A stretch of DNA of 64,000 nucleotides from sequence record PV231353.1, one strand, 5' to 3'. A program made the position numbers and the translations under genes. The notes beneath the pieces were generated by a model. It was not told the DNA's origin. It did not search any database and saw only the letters and a program-made list of their open reading frames with translations. Position 1 is the first letter of the stretch. The number at the start of each line of letters is the position of its first letter. Below are positions 36,919 to 46,369 of this stretch, in pieces.

Positions 36919-37053
36919 CTTCCCCTCGAATTTGGCGGCACCCTAGAGGAGCGTTCGAGTGTTGACAAGCACCAATGTCGCTGGCTTTCGAGTGTTGACA
37001 AGTCCGGTGCTCGTCTATAGGGGAGACCGGGACGACAACGAAAGGAGCCTGCC
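36919..37053. promoter_or_regulatory. divergent promoter region
   Basis: Leftward TTGTCA(36963-36968)-N17-TAGGGT; rightward TGGC-N6-GTG-TTGACA(36995-37000) ... TATAGG ... ACGACAACG-AAAGGAG. Confidence 0.75.
36954..37002 (+). repeat. 16-bp direct repeat x2
   Basis: TTCGAGTGTTGACAAG at 36954-36969 and 36987-37002. Confidence 0.9.
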
Positions 37054-37362
37054 ATGCGCTATGTGCTCGACTATGCCGACGACCGGGACAAGCCGGTCTA
37101 CACCGATTTCCAGGCCGGCGACCGCAAGGCGGCCATCGCCAAGGCCAAGCGCCTGCTCGCCAAGGCGATCAAGACCGTCGATTTCTCGCTCCACGGGGCC
37201 TACATCTTCGTCGATCCGACGGGCGTCGCCCGCGACGTCGACGACATGATCCCGTTCGGCATGCTGAGCACGATGGCCTACGCCAGCATCGTCACCCCGT
37301 CGATGATCTCGTTCGACGACCGCGACGCCAAGGCCGCGATCGCCGCGAGGCTCGCCCAATGA
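37054..37362 (+). CDS. hypothetical protein
   Basis: First rightward gene, AAGGAG SD. Confidence 0.8.
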   Translation: MRYVLDYADDRDKPVYTDFQAGDRKAAIAKAKRLLAKAIKTVDFSLHGAYIFVDPTGVARDVDDMIPFGMLSTMAYASIVTPSMISFDDRDAKAAIAARLAQ

Positions 37363-37571
37363 TGGATCGTCAGGACATCCAGCCCGGCTTCATCTATCGC
37401 GGCGGCAAGAACGGAACCCTGCGTCAGATCGTGAGCTATGGGGCGACCGAGGATTTCGTCTGCTGGGCTAATCCCCACGACCGCCTGCCCTACGGCGGCT
37501 TCATCTCCACCATCTGCACGTCCAGGACGTCGTTCGCCCGCTGGGCCGACAAGATCGAGGAAGAGGTCTGA
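37359..37571 (+). CDS. hypothetical protein
   Basis: ATGA overlap. Confidence 0.7.
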   Translation: MMDRQDIQPGFIYRGGKNGTLRQIVSYGATEDFVCWANPHDRLPYGGFISTICTSRTSFARWADKIEEEV

Positions 37572-37843
37572 TGAACACCTTCTTCCTCCGGCAGACCAAA
37601 CGGGACGAACAGGGTCGACGCTACTTTGAGTTCGTCGATCCTGACCTGACCCAGCGCCTCTATGTCCGCAAGCCGCCGGACGACTGGTCCGAGGGCTTCC
37701 CGATCGTCCTGGAGGACTTCGTCGATGGCAAGCCCGCCGGCTCCATCATCTGCCCGGCCGGGAAGAAGCGGGGGCACGGCTTCGCGGCCTTCTTCAAGGC
37801 CAACCCCAAGGATTTCCGCAAGCTCAAGAAAGGTCTCCTATGA
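37571..37843 (+). CDS. hypothetical protein
   Basis: TGATG overlap. Confidence 0.7.
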   Translation: MNTFFLRQTKRDEQGRRYFEFVDPDLTQRLYVRKPPDDWSEGFPIVLEDFVDGKPAGSIICPAGKKRGHGFAAFFKANPKDFRKLKKGLL

Positions 37844-38104
37844 GGATTCCCAGCCCGTCGAGTTCACCGTGGCCGACCTCATCGCCCACCTTGCGACCCT
37901 GCCCCAGGACGCCAAGGTCGGCGTGCGCGGCGGGTTCGGGGCTTCCGGCCGCTCGACGAGATCGCCCCGATCGAACTCGTCACCCTCTATGGCGAGGACG
38001 AGACTGACCGGCTGACCCTGGCGACCGCCGATCCCATCGCCCAGAAGTGGATGGCCCAGGAGTCCCGCGCCGGCGAGCCTTTCACCGCCATCATTCTCGA
38101 CTAG
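37840..38104 (+). CDS. hypothetical protein (frameshifts at about 37844 and 37940)
   Basis: Adding 2 nt gives 88 aa with TVADLIAHL..LPQDAKV ... FTAIILD*. Confidence 0.55.
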
Positions 38105-38112
38105 GAGGACCC

Positions 38113-38741
38113 ATGACGAACCGTGTCTGGATTGAACTCGAACCGTCCGCGACCGAGGGGCACGCCCGCGCCGCCGCCGCGTCGGCCATGCTGAAGCGCC
38201 TGGGTGTCGACGTCGGCGTCCACAAGCCGGTGTTCTGGCACGAGCGCAATGAGCGCTACTGCTTCACGCTCGACGCCTCGGGCGTCTATGTCGAGGCCGA
38301 GGACCACGGCCACTGGTACAACCTCGATTTCCTGGCGGGCGCCGATGTCTCGAGGTCTTCCCGCCGATCCGCCCCCGCGACGCCAAGGACGAGGAAATCC
38401 ATGGCTTCGTCGTCCGCTACGGCTGGTTCTGGAACGTCGAGATGCTGAACGGCACGATCCTGGCCTTCGATCCGGATGATGTCGATCCGTGCCGCTACGG
38501 CGTGACGAGCAAGGACGACTTCCGCAACCTCGCCGGCCCGCCCGAGACGATCGTCTCCTATCAGTGCGTCCAGGGCTGGCACGCCAAGGCCAAGCACCTG
38601 TCGGGCTGGACCGAACGCCACGACGACCGGCTAGAAGCCCTGCGGACGGCCTATCGCCGCCTGGAGGAGCAGCGCGAGCGCAACAGCCGCGCTCTGGAGG
38701 AGCACGGCGGCATCTTCAAGTTCCTGGAGGGCCAGGACTGA
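38113..38741 (+). CDS. hypothetical protein (frameshift at about 38348)
   Basis: One extra base joins two track ORFs into 209 aa; AGGAGG SD. Confidence 0.65.
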
Positions 38742-38983
38742 TGGAGAGGACCATCCATTCGACTGGCCAGGAACTCTCGATCAAGTTCAAGTTCCCCGGC
38801 GAAAACCTGACCTTGACCGTGCATGCCGAGCAGGACAGCCCGATGGCGTTCCTCTGGGTCGAGGGTCGCTCGGTCGACTATTTCGAGAAGCTCCTGAGCT
38901 TCGGGCCGACCGATCTCGACCTCCTGATCGCCACCCTGACCGAGGCGCGCAAGATGATCCGCGAGCACGAGCCGCAGGTCTGA
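38741..38983 (+). CDS. hypothetical protein
   Basis: Start MERTIHS coupled (TGATG). Confidence 0.7.
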   Translation: MERTIHSTGQELSIKFKFPGENLTLTVHAEQDSPMAFLWVEGRSVDYFEKLLSFGPTDLDLLIATLTEARKMIREHEPQV

Positions 38984-38984
38984 C

Positions 38985-39239
38985 ATGCTGAGCAAGGACG
39001 AGATCACCTTCGCGGGCCTGATCAAGGCCATGGAGGACGCCCGGCGCATCGCCAAGGCGGCGGGCGATCTCGTCAGCACGGCCGAGATCGACGGCTGGTT
39101 CAAGACGCACGCGCCGATCATTCGCGAGGTGCGAGACAAGGTCGAGGCCGACGAGTTCGACGCTGGCGCGAGAGTGTTGACAGCCACTGAGGAAGCGGCT
39201 AAAGACACTCTCGACGACAGCGAAAGGAGCCTGCCTTGA
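38985..39239 (+). CDS. hypothetical protein
   Basis: 84 aa; reads through the next promoter. Confidence 0.65.
   Translation: MLSKDEITFAGLIKAMEDARRIAKAAGDLVSTAEIDGWFKTHAPIIREVRDKVEADEFDAGARVLTATEEAAKDTLDDSERSLP
39163..39235 (+). promoter_or_regulatory. promoter-leader cassette
   Basis: TGGCGCGAGAGTG-TTGACA(39177-39182)-N17-TAAAGA ... ACGACAGCG-AAAGGAG. Confidence 0.85.
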
Positions 39240-40253
39240 CCGACTTCCCGATCATCCGCGCCGCCATCTCGCCCCGCCGCGCCGCCCAGTTCGACGCGGC
39301 CCTGGCGAACGTGAAGGCCTTCACCGAGGAAGGCGTTCTGATCAAGGCCGAGTGGAACGACATCAAGGACACGTTCAGCCGGGCGATCGCCGAGACCTGG
39401 GACGCCTTCAAGGACAAGGAATACTACCCCGCGCCCGCGAGGGTGAGCACGAGAACGTCGGCAAGCTCTACTGGGAGCTTCTGAGCCCCTATCCGCACGT
39501 GCTGGCCGGCTATCTGAAGAAGGCCCAGAACGCCAAGAACATCGAGCCGGCGATCCTGCGCGACTTCCCGATCGCCTTCTTCACCGAGGCCCTGCCGCTC
39601 AACGACATGCTGGTCGCGCTCAAGCCGCTGATCGGCAAGCGCGCGCCGAAGAAGACCAAGGTCCAGATCGAGCGCGAGGGCAAGGAGCGGACCTGTCAGG
39701 TCTGCGGGCGCGGCATCCTGGCCGAGAACGGCCGGATCGCCCACCACGGCTATCAGCGTCCCGGCATGGGCTACCAGACCCCTCGTGCAGCGGCGCCCTG
39801 GAACTGCCCTTCGAGATCAGCCGTGACGCCCTGGGCGCCGACATCGAGAACCTGAAGGCCTACCGCGCTCGCCGGCAGACCTATCGCTCCGACGTCAACC
39901 TGGAACTGGTCAGCCTGCCGGTCAAGTATCAGGTCTCCGAACAGGACCCGCGCCGCGCGCCGGGCTTCAAGCACGTGGTCGACAAGATGATCCACGTCAC
40001 CCGCGCCGACTGGGACGCCCAAAAGGCCGCGACGCCGGAAGCCTTCGCCGGCAAGTACGGGCCGCGCAAGCCCAACTACACCTACGAGCCCTTCACCTTC
40101 GACGCCCTGAAGACCCAGGTCCTGGGCATGGTCGACGGCGAGATCGAGTTCATCACCGGTACGATCCGGGCGCAGCAGAAGCGCTATGACGACTGGAAGC
40201 AGACGATGGAGTTCGTCGACGGCCAGTACCGGACGCTGGAGGTCGCGGCTTGA
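39236..40253 (+). CDS. hypothetical protein with Cys/His metal-binding motif (frameshifts at about 39428 and 39780)
   Basis: Adding 2 C gives 339 aa containing TCQVCGR...AHHGYQRPG.GYQT.SC.GA..PFE. Confidence 0.7.
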
Positions 40254-40438
40254 CTATCACCGCCCACGCAGAATCCGTCCTGGCGCTCCAGGCGCAGGCC
40301 GCCGACACCCTCAATCGGGTGATCGGAGAGCGCAACGCCGCCACGGGCGCGAAGAAAACGCGCCTGCGCCGCCTGACCCTGATCCTTGAAGACGTGATGG
40401 GTGCCTGCAACGACGCCGTGGAGGAGATGCGCCGGTGA
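40250..40438 (+). CDS. hypothetical protein
   Basis: 62 aa, TTGA overlap. Confidence 0.6.
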   Translation: MTITAHAESVLALQAQAADTLNRVIGERNAATGAKKTRLRRLTLILEDVMGACNDAVEEMRR

Positions 40439-40830
40439 TCTTCAGTTCCAAAACCCAGCCCCACTGCCGCTGCTGCGCCAAGCCGATCAAGAAGCACACT
40501 CGCCGCCACTATTTCGGCGCCAGGGAAGCCAAGGACAACGGCTGGTCGCTCGACCGGATCGAGACCCCGATGTCGGAGGACGAACTGCGTCGGATGGTGA
40601 ACGGCCAGATCATCTCGTTCGCCTGGAGCCACGACATCTCCTACGACGCCAATTACAAGGCCGTGCGCAAGAAGACCCACATCGCCTGGGCCAACGTCTG
40701 GGACGGCGAGACCTACGAGGACGGCTATTTCTGCACCCTGCGCTGCGCCGCCGCGTTCGGGAGCATGGTGGCCGAGCACTATCCCGACATTCACACCCAG
40801 GCCTACGCCGACTTCAAGGGCAAGCGATGA
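40435..40830 (+). CDS. Cys-containing hypothetical protein
   Basis: CRCC ... YFCTLRCA. Confidence 0.7.
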   Translation: MIFSSKTQPHCRCCAKPIKKHTRRHYFGAREAKDNGWSLDRIETPMSEDELRRMVNGQIISFAWSHDISYDANYKAVRKKTHIAWANVWDGETYEDGYFCTLRCAAAFGSMVAEHYPDIHTQAYADFKGKR

Positions 40831-41549
40831 CCGACGAGATTAAACGGACCCATGAAGCCTATGGGATGATCGGCTACAGCCACACCCAGGGCGACACCGA
40901 TCTGGTCGGCGTCGACTACGCCCAGGGGCATTATGTGACCCTGACGATCAAGACGGCCTATGCCTATGAGGGCGAGACCCACGACCGCTTCCACGGCGAC
41001 AAGTTCATCTGCAAGGTGGCGATGAGCGAGGTCCAGTGGGCCTCCTTCATCGCCAATCCGAACCGGGGCGACGGCGTGCCCTGCACCCTGCAATTCTATC
41101 GCGATCCCCGGACTGGCGAGCCCGTGCAGGCGAAATATCTGCGCGAGAACCTGACCCGCGTGGAGCGCAGCCGCGAGGCCGTCACCGCCCGCGCCCAGGC
41201 CCTGTCGACCAAGGTCAAGGAGGCCCAGGCCGAACTCCAGCGCCTGATGGAGGGCGGACCGATCAAGAAGGGCGACCTGAAGACGCTCAAGGACCTGCTC
41301 TACTTCGCCAACCAGGACATGGAGTCGAACCTCGGCTACTTCGTCGAGCGGGTTGAGGAGACCATCGACAAGGCGGTGGTCGACGCCAAGGCTCAGGTCG
41401 ACGCCCACGTCGACTTCGTGGTCCGCGAACTGGGCGTGCGGGCGCTGGGCTCGCGGCTCCAAGCCGCGATCGACGCCGGCCACGAGCCGCGTGATCTGGG
41501 GCAGGCGCTCATCGGCCTCGTGGCGCCGCCGGAGGACCCAGCGACGTGA
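40827..41549 (+). CDS. conserved hypothetical protein
   Basis: Start MTDEIKR; V.MSE.QWASFI...N.G.GVPCTL. Confidence 0.75.
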   Translation: MTDEIKRTHEAYGMIGYSHTQGDTDLVGVDYAQGHYVTLTIKTAYAYEGETHDRFHGDKFICKVAMSEVQWASFIANPNRGDGVPCTLQFYRDPRTGEPVQAKYLRENLTRVERSREAVTARAQALSTKVKEAQAELQRLMEGGPIKKGDLKTLKDLLYFANQDMESNLGYFVERVEETIDKAVVDAKAQVDAHVDFVVRELGVRALGSRLQAAIDAGHEPRDLGQALIGLVAPPEDPAT

Positions 41550-41787
41550 GGACCCTCGCTTTCTGAACCGCTGGCGCAACGGCGACGTCGCCGAGGAAAA
41601 GGCCTTCCAAACCAAGGGGCTGGCCTTCGCCCACGCCGCGCGGACCGCCGGCCGGCTTGGCGAGATCGTCCGCGTCGAGCACCAGGAACCGATTAGCCCC
41701 GCTTCCCCCAACTGGGCGGTGGTCGAGAAGTGGACCTTCCATCCGGATGGTCGTGTCACCCGCATCCTCAAGAAAGAAGTCCTATGA
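41546..41787 (+). CDS. hypothetical protein (frameshift at about 41554)
   Basis: GTG start overlapping upstream stop; one extra C restores the frame. Confidence 0.55.
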
Positions 41788-42279
41788 CCCGCAGCACCGC
41801 CGACATCATCGCCCGCATCAAGGCCCTGGAGGAAGACCCCAGCGACTTCTTCGGCTTCCAGACCAATGATCTGGTCTGCTACCTCCCGTTCGAGGACGCC
41901 AAGCCCTGGTTGAATGAAAACGCCACGCCCGAAGGTCTGGACGCCCAACGTCAATACCCCCGAGGCGATCAAGCAGGTCATCCTCGACTACATGGAGTTC
42001 GCCTGGGACAAGGCCAACAACCGGCGCGGTCTGTCCGCCGGCCGCTCGCTCGACCACATGAAGGCGTGGCTCTGGATGCTGGAGGAGGACGCGGCCTGGG
42101 TCGCGGCCCTGAAGCTCTCCGAATACACCCACTATGGAAAGCCGCAGCTTCGCGCGATCTGCAAGCGCTTCGGCTGGGACTGGACGCAGTGGGACGACGG
42201 GCGGTGGTCCAGCCGCGAGTTCGGCGATGATCACGCGCCCGAGGACGTCGAGGAAGTCGGGATCATCGAGCCCGCCTGA
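41784..42279 (+). CDS. hypothetical protein (+1 frameshift at about 41933)
   Basis: Removing one base gives 164 aa with RGLSA.RS..H..AW.W. Confidence 0.65.
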
Positions 42280-42286
42280 GTCTTTC

Positions 42287-42358
42287 CTGGCGCGAAAGTG
42301 TTGACAGCCTGAAGGGACTCCTCTACACCCACGCTCGATGACAACGAGAGGAGTTCCC
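42287..42358 (+). promoter_or_regulatory. promoter-leader cassette
   Basis: TGGC-N6-GTG-TTGACA(42301-42306)-N17-TACACC ... CTCG-ATGACAA-CGAG-AGGAG. Confidence 0.8.
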
Positions 42359-44116
42359 ATGGCCGAGACCATGACCCTGAGTTTCCGGATCGAAGGCGCC
42401 GCCCTGGTGGAGCGGGCGCGCGATCGCGTCATCGAAGGTAACTGGGAGCACGGCCTGCGCATCCTGGTCGAGGGCCTGCACGGCATGTCCTACGAACTCG
42501 CGATCGACATCCTGCTCGGCAAGCACACCCTGGGCGGCTGGTCCTCGGACCCCGAAGGCGTCTATCTCACCGACCAGGACCCGGAGGACGAGACTTTCAA
42601 GCGTTACAAGGAAACCCTCGACTACCAGTTCGCCGGCGTCTTCAAGCTGGAGGATGGCCGGATCATGCGTCCCTACGCCGTGGTCGACAGCTTCTCCAAG
42701 ATCGACTTCGACTCCAGGGTCCGCTTCCTGCGGCTGGCCCAGGGCTCTGACCCGGTGTTCTCGCGCCCCAAGCGCTATCACGACACCCGCGCCGAGATCA
42801 ACGGCGAGGAGATCGACTGGGCCTATCGCGCCCTGCACTACGCCGACGAGCCGACCCAGGACATCGTCCGTCTGGTCCGTATGGAGGGCTTCCATCCCAC
42901 GATCCGGGCGGCGGTCCTGTTCAAGGAAGTCCGCGACTATCCCAAGCTCCTGCTTCCGAAGGTCGAGACCGACGCCCAGAAGGCCGTCGATGTGGCGATC
43001 AAGGCCCAGCGCGGCCTCTCCAAGCGCGGGCACGTCTACGAGTATGGCGCTGGTCAGGACTTCGACAAGGAGCACTACAAGACCACCATGGGGATCGATC
43101 AGGTCCCCACCGCCTGGACCGTGCGCAATCCGAAGTACGTCGATCCCGACGCCAAGCTCGTCAAGGACACCCTGGCCGAGATCGACGCCCGCAAGGTCGC
43201 GCCGGCCTCCGATTACGCCGGCGCCATGAACCGTCTGATCAAGGACGAGGTGGACGGCGGCATGGACATCAGCACGGCCGTCGCCATGACCCAGGCCAAG
43301 ATGGCGCTGCTGGGCGGCATGGCCGAGGACCCCGAACAGCGCCTGCGGGCGATCAACGACGCCTACGCCGCCAAGTTCGAGAAGGCCGAGGGCCGCAGCG
43401 TCGAGGAGTACCGCAAGGCCATCATCACCCAGGCTGGCGATGACTTCTTCGATCTCGCGTACACGGATGTGGACGGCAAGGAGGTCGTCCTGAAGGTCCC
43501 GACCGCGCCGTTCGAGCAATGGGCTCTGTGGCGCACCGCCGGCGCCCATCTGGCCAAGCCCTGGAAGCGGGTGACCTACACCGGCTTCAAGACCTTCGGC
43601 GATGATCCCTACCACACCGACTGGGTGCTGGGCGCGGGGCTCAACCCCGAGGACTGGCCGGTCATCGAGGCCGACAATCCGCCGCTCCACAAGGCCGCCT
43701 GGGACAAGCGCTTCCGGGTCGCCGAGGAGAAGCTGGGCGGCAACATGCGCGTCCTGCTCGGCAAGGGCTTCGTGACCGGCAAGATCGTGATGCTCAAGCC
43801 GGGCGAGGCCCTGTCACCGGGCGAGATCGGTGTGATCCGCAACGCCGGCCCCGACTACGTCCAGGCCGCCCAGAGCGCGATCGAGCACAACACCGCCTTG
43901 ATCTGCGAGAACGGCGGCAGCGTCGCCCACCTCGTGGTCGAGTACCTGGACAAGCCCCTGCGCCTGACCCGGATCGAGAACGCGCGCAAGATTTTCAAGG
44001 ACGGCATGACCGTCTACCTCGACTTTGACAAGTCGACGCGAGAGATCGCCAAGGGCGGCCTGGGGCCGAGCCCTGCCGATCTTGGCCTCGACACGGAATG
44101 GGAGATTTTCGAATGA
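42359..44116 (+). CDS. large protein with C-terminal PEP-utilising enzyme mobile (phospho-His) domain
   Basis: G.VTGKIV ... GEIGVI....PDY ... ALICENGGSVAH ... FKDGMTVYLD. Confidence 0.75.
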   Translation: MAETMTLSFRIEGAALVERARDRVIEGNWEHGLRILVEGLHGMSYELAIDILLGKHTLGGWSSDPEGVYLTDQDPEDETFKRYKETLDYQFAGVFKLEDGRIMRPYAVVDSFSKIDFDSRVRFLRLAQGSDPVFSRPKRYHDTRAEINGEEIDWAYRALHYADEPTQDIVRLVRMEGFHPTIRAAVLFKEVRDYPKLLLPKVETDAQKAVDVAIKAQRGLSKRGHVYEYGAGQDFDKEHYKTTMGIDQVPTAWTVRNPKYVDPDAKLVKDTLAEIDARKVAPASDYAGAMNRLIKDEVDGGMDISTAVAMTQAKMALLGGMAEDPEQRLRAINDAYAAKFEKAEGRSVEEYRKAIITQAGDDFFDLAYTDVDGKEVVLKVPTAPFEQWALWRTAGAHLAKPWKRVTYTGFKTFGDDPYHTDWVLGAGLNPEDWPVIEADNPPLHKAAWDKRFRVAEEKLGGNMRVLLGKGFVTGKIVMLKPGEALSPGEIGVIRNAGPDYVQAAQSAIEHNTALICENGGSVAHLVVEYLDKPLRLTRIENARKIFKDGMTVYLDFDKSTREIAKGGLGPSPADLGLDTEWEIFE

Positions 44117-44409
44117 GCGAGAAGTGGCAACCGGTGGAGGAAGCCGCCAATAACCTCTCCGGCTGGAACGTGCGCTCGGCCCAGATGGCGGTCGCCGGCG
44201 GGACCCTCTACCGCACGATCGTCTCGCGCGACAGCCAGGGCGCCGCGCCGGCGGTGAGCACCACCTTCATCCCGGACGCCCCGCCGCAGTTCACCGTCCA
44301 GGTCACCGACGAGGACCTCCGGAGCCTTGCCGAGTGCAAGGACGTCGCCAGGGCGCGCAGCCTGTTCCGGGGCATCCTGAAGGCTCACGGCCTGGAGATC
44401 ATGGCCTGA
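44113..44409 (+). CDS. hypothetical protein
   Basis: Start MSEKWQP; ATGA overlap. Confidence 0.7.
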   Translation: MSEKWQPVEEAANNLSGWNVRSAQMAVAGGTLYRTIVSRDSQGAAPAVSTTFIPDAPPQFTVQVTDEDLRSLAECKDVARARSLFRGILKAHGLEIMA

Positions 44410-44620
44410 TGCCGGTCTTCCATTTCACCGCCACGGTCGTTCACGAGTACGACCTGACCCTGGAGGCGGACGACGAGGCCGAGGCCCGCGAACGCTTGGA
44501 GGACTTTGGCGTCGACTACGACCCGGGCATCTTCTGACCCTGGATGAGCCGACGTCCGAAATGACGTTCAACCTCTTCGCGGTCGACGACAAGATGGTCA
44601 ACGAAGAGGAGACCGCCTAG
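44409..44620 (+). CDS. small acidic protein (frameshift at about 44526)
   Basis: One extra base gives 70 aa ending next to the following ATG. Confidence 0.55.
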
Positions 44621-45127
44621 ATGGCCGACTTCAGCCGCGCCCGCCGGTCCATGGAGACCGCCGACCTGATCGAACGCCTCAAGGCCCTCTACGACCTGGA
44701 GGACGCCCGCGATATCCCAGACGAGGAGACCAAGGCCGCCTTGAAGGAGGCGGTGGTCCAACTCGGCTATCTTCACGAGCAGGTCGAGCTTGGAGAGAGC
44801 CTCCAAAAGTCCTATCAGAACCTGATCAACTACTACAAGACCGACGCCCTGGCCTCGTCCCAGGAGCCGGACTTCAAGCGCGCCGCCCGTGAGCTTCATC
44901 TGATCGAGTCCTACCCGCCCAGACTGCGGCTGGCGGTCGGTGGTTTCCGTAAGGCCATGGACGAGCAGGGCTTCTTGAGTGGTGAGAATGGCCGCGCGAT
45001 CAGCCGACTGATCAGCAAGCATCTCGATCATGATCTGGCGGGCGTGCTGGGCTCGGAGATTAACTACTATACCCGCAAAGCCATCGGGGCGCTGCGGGGT
45101 CTGGCCCCCGAGGAACCCAAAGCATGA
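44621..45127 (+). CDS. hypothetical protein
   Basis: 168 aa, GAGGAG SD. Confidence 0.75.
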   Translation: MADFSRARRSMETADLIERLKALYDLEDARDIPDEETKAALKEAVVQLGYLHEQVELGESLQKSYQNLINYYKTDALASSQEPDFKRAARELHLIESYPPRLRLAVGGFRKAMDEQGFLSGENGRAISRLISKHLDHDLAGVLGSEINYYTRKAIGALRGLAPEEPKA

Positions 45128-45696
45128 TCGATCCGAAAGCCAAACTCGCCGACCAAGTCGCCGGCCTCGGCCGTGACGGCGCCCGGCTCTGCGCCGAGGT
45201 ACAGGAGCGATGCACCAGCAACATCGCCGACGCCGTGCTGGAATTCGTCGCCGACGCCGAGACGATCATCGAGCGCCAACAAAAACGCGTCGATGAACTC
45301 CAGGTCTCGACGGCGCGGCGGATGCACGTCGAGCGGGCCTATCTGCGGGTGATCCAGGAGTTCATCGCCGCCAAGCGCCTGCCGAGCCTGTCGGCGTTCC
45401 ATGACGCGGTCGGCATGCTCCAGGCCCAGACCGAGCAGATGAACGGCGACATCGAGCGGCTCGCGACCTATCTGCGCGGACTGGACCGGCGCGACATGGA
45501 CCCCAAGCTGAAGGACCTCGTGGAGCACCTGGACTTCTACATCTTCCACGAGTTGATGCGGAAGATCCACTACATCGAGCATTTCGTCCTGCGGGACGCC
45601 CGCCTCGCCTTGGTCAGCCTGACCGAGGCCGATTTCGGGCGGATGGGCTTGGGCGAGCGCCCCGAGCCCCCGGTCAGCCAGGACATGCCGACATGA
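45124..45696 (+). CDS. hypothetical coiled-coil protein
   Basis: 190 aa, ATGA overlap. Confidence 0.7.
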   Translation: MIDPKAKLADQVAGLGRDGARLCAEVQERCTSNIADAVLEFVADAETIIERQQKRVDELQVSTARRMHVERAYLRVIQEFIAAKRLPSLSAFHDAVGMLQAQTEQMNGDIERLATYLRGLDRRDMDPKLKDLVEHLDFYIFHELMRKIHYIEHFVLRDARLALVSLTEADFGRMGLGERPEPPVSQDMPT

Positions 45697-45929
45697 TCGA
45701 GCACGTCTGGCGCCGTGACCCGCGCGGTCCCGCCTATGGCTTCCAGCGCCTGGACCTGGACGAGGCGCTGAAGATCGTCGCGGTCGAGAAGCAGGACTTC
45801 CTCCTCCATCTGGTCGCGGTCCTGCACGAGAACAACCTCCTGCGCGACGATGACGTCATGGAACTGCTCGGCAAGGGCTGGGCGCTCGACCCTACGATCT
45901 CCACCACATCGACGAAGATTAGGCGTTGA
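45693..45929 (+). CDS. hypothetical protein
   Basis: 78 aa; stop lies inside the next -35 box. Confidence 0.65.
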   Translation: MIEHVWRRDPRGPAYGFQRLDLDEALKIVAVEKQDFLLHLVAVLHENNLLRDDDVMELLGKGWALDPTISTTSTKIRR

Positions 45930-45982
45930 CAACACTCTCGCGCCAACATAGAACCGCCCTCGACGACAACGAGGAGGCTTCC
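45926..45982 (+). promoter_or_regulatory. promoter-leader cassette, flipped-element type
   Basis: TTGACA-ACACTCTCGCGCCAACA-TAGAAC ... CCTCG-ACGACAA-CGAGGAGG. Confidence 0.9.
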
Positions 45983-46366
45983 ATGAAGCTCGCGACCCAA
46001 GACCGCTCCGACCCGCGCTTGAACGCGCCCTACCGCCTCGCCAAGGCGGTGTTCTACTACGGCGGCCCGCACGAGTACCCGATCCACCTGAACGACTGGT
46101 GGAACGAGGTGACGCCGGCCGACGTGGAGGATCGCATCTCCGATCTCTGCCGCGAGCTTTCCAAGCTGTCGGGCCAGACCCTGGCGCCGGCGACCTTCTA
46201 CGAGCGGATGAAGCTGGGCTTCGTCGACCTCCCGGAGGTCAAGGACGAGGACTTCGCCGCCCTGTCGGAAGCGACCCGCAACAACCTGCTGGCCATGCAG
46301 GACCGCTTCTCGGTCCACGGCAGCGGCTTCATGCTCTACTGGAACATCGTGAAAGAGGAGGCCTGA
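45983..46366 (+). CDS. hypothetical protein
   Basis: Start MKLATQDR behind SD. Confidence 0.8.
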   Translation: MKLATQDRSDPRLNAPYRLAKAVFYYGGPHEYPIHLNDWWNEVTPADVEDRISDLCRELSKLSGQTLAPATFYERMKLGFVDLPEVKDEDFAALSEATRNNLLAMQDRFSVHGSGFMLYWNIVKEEA

Positions 46367-46369
46367 GTC

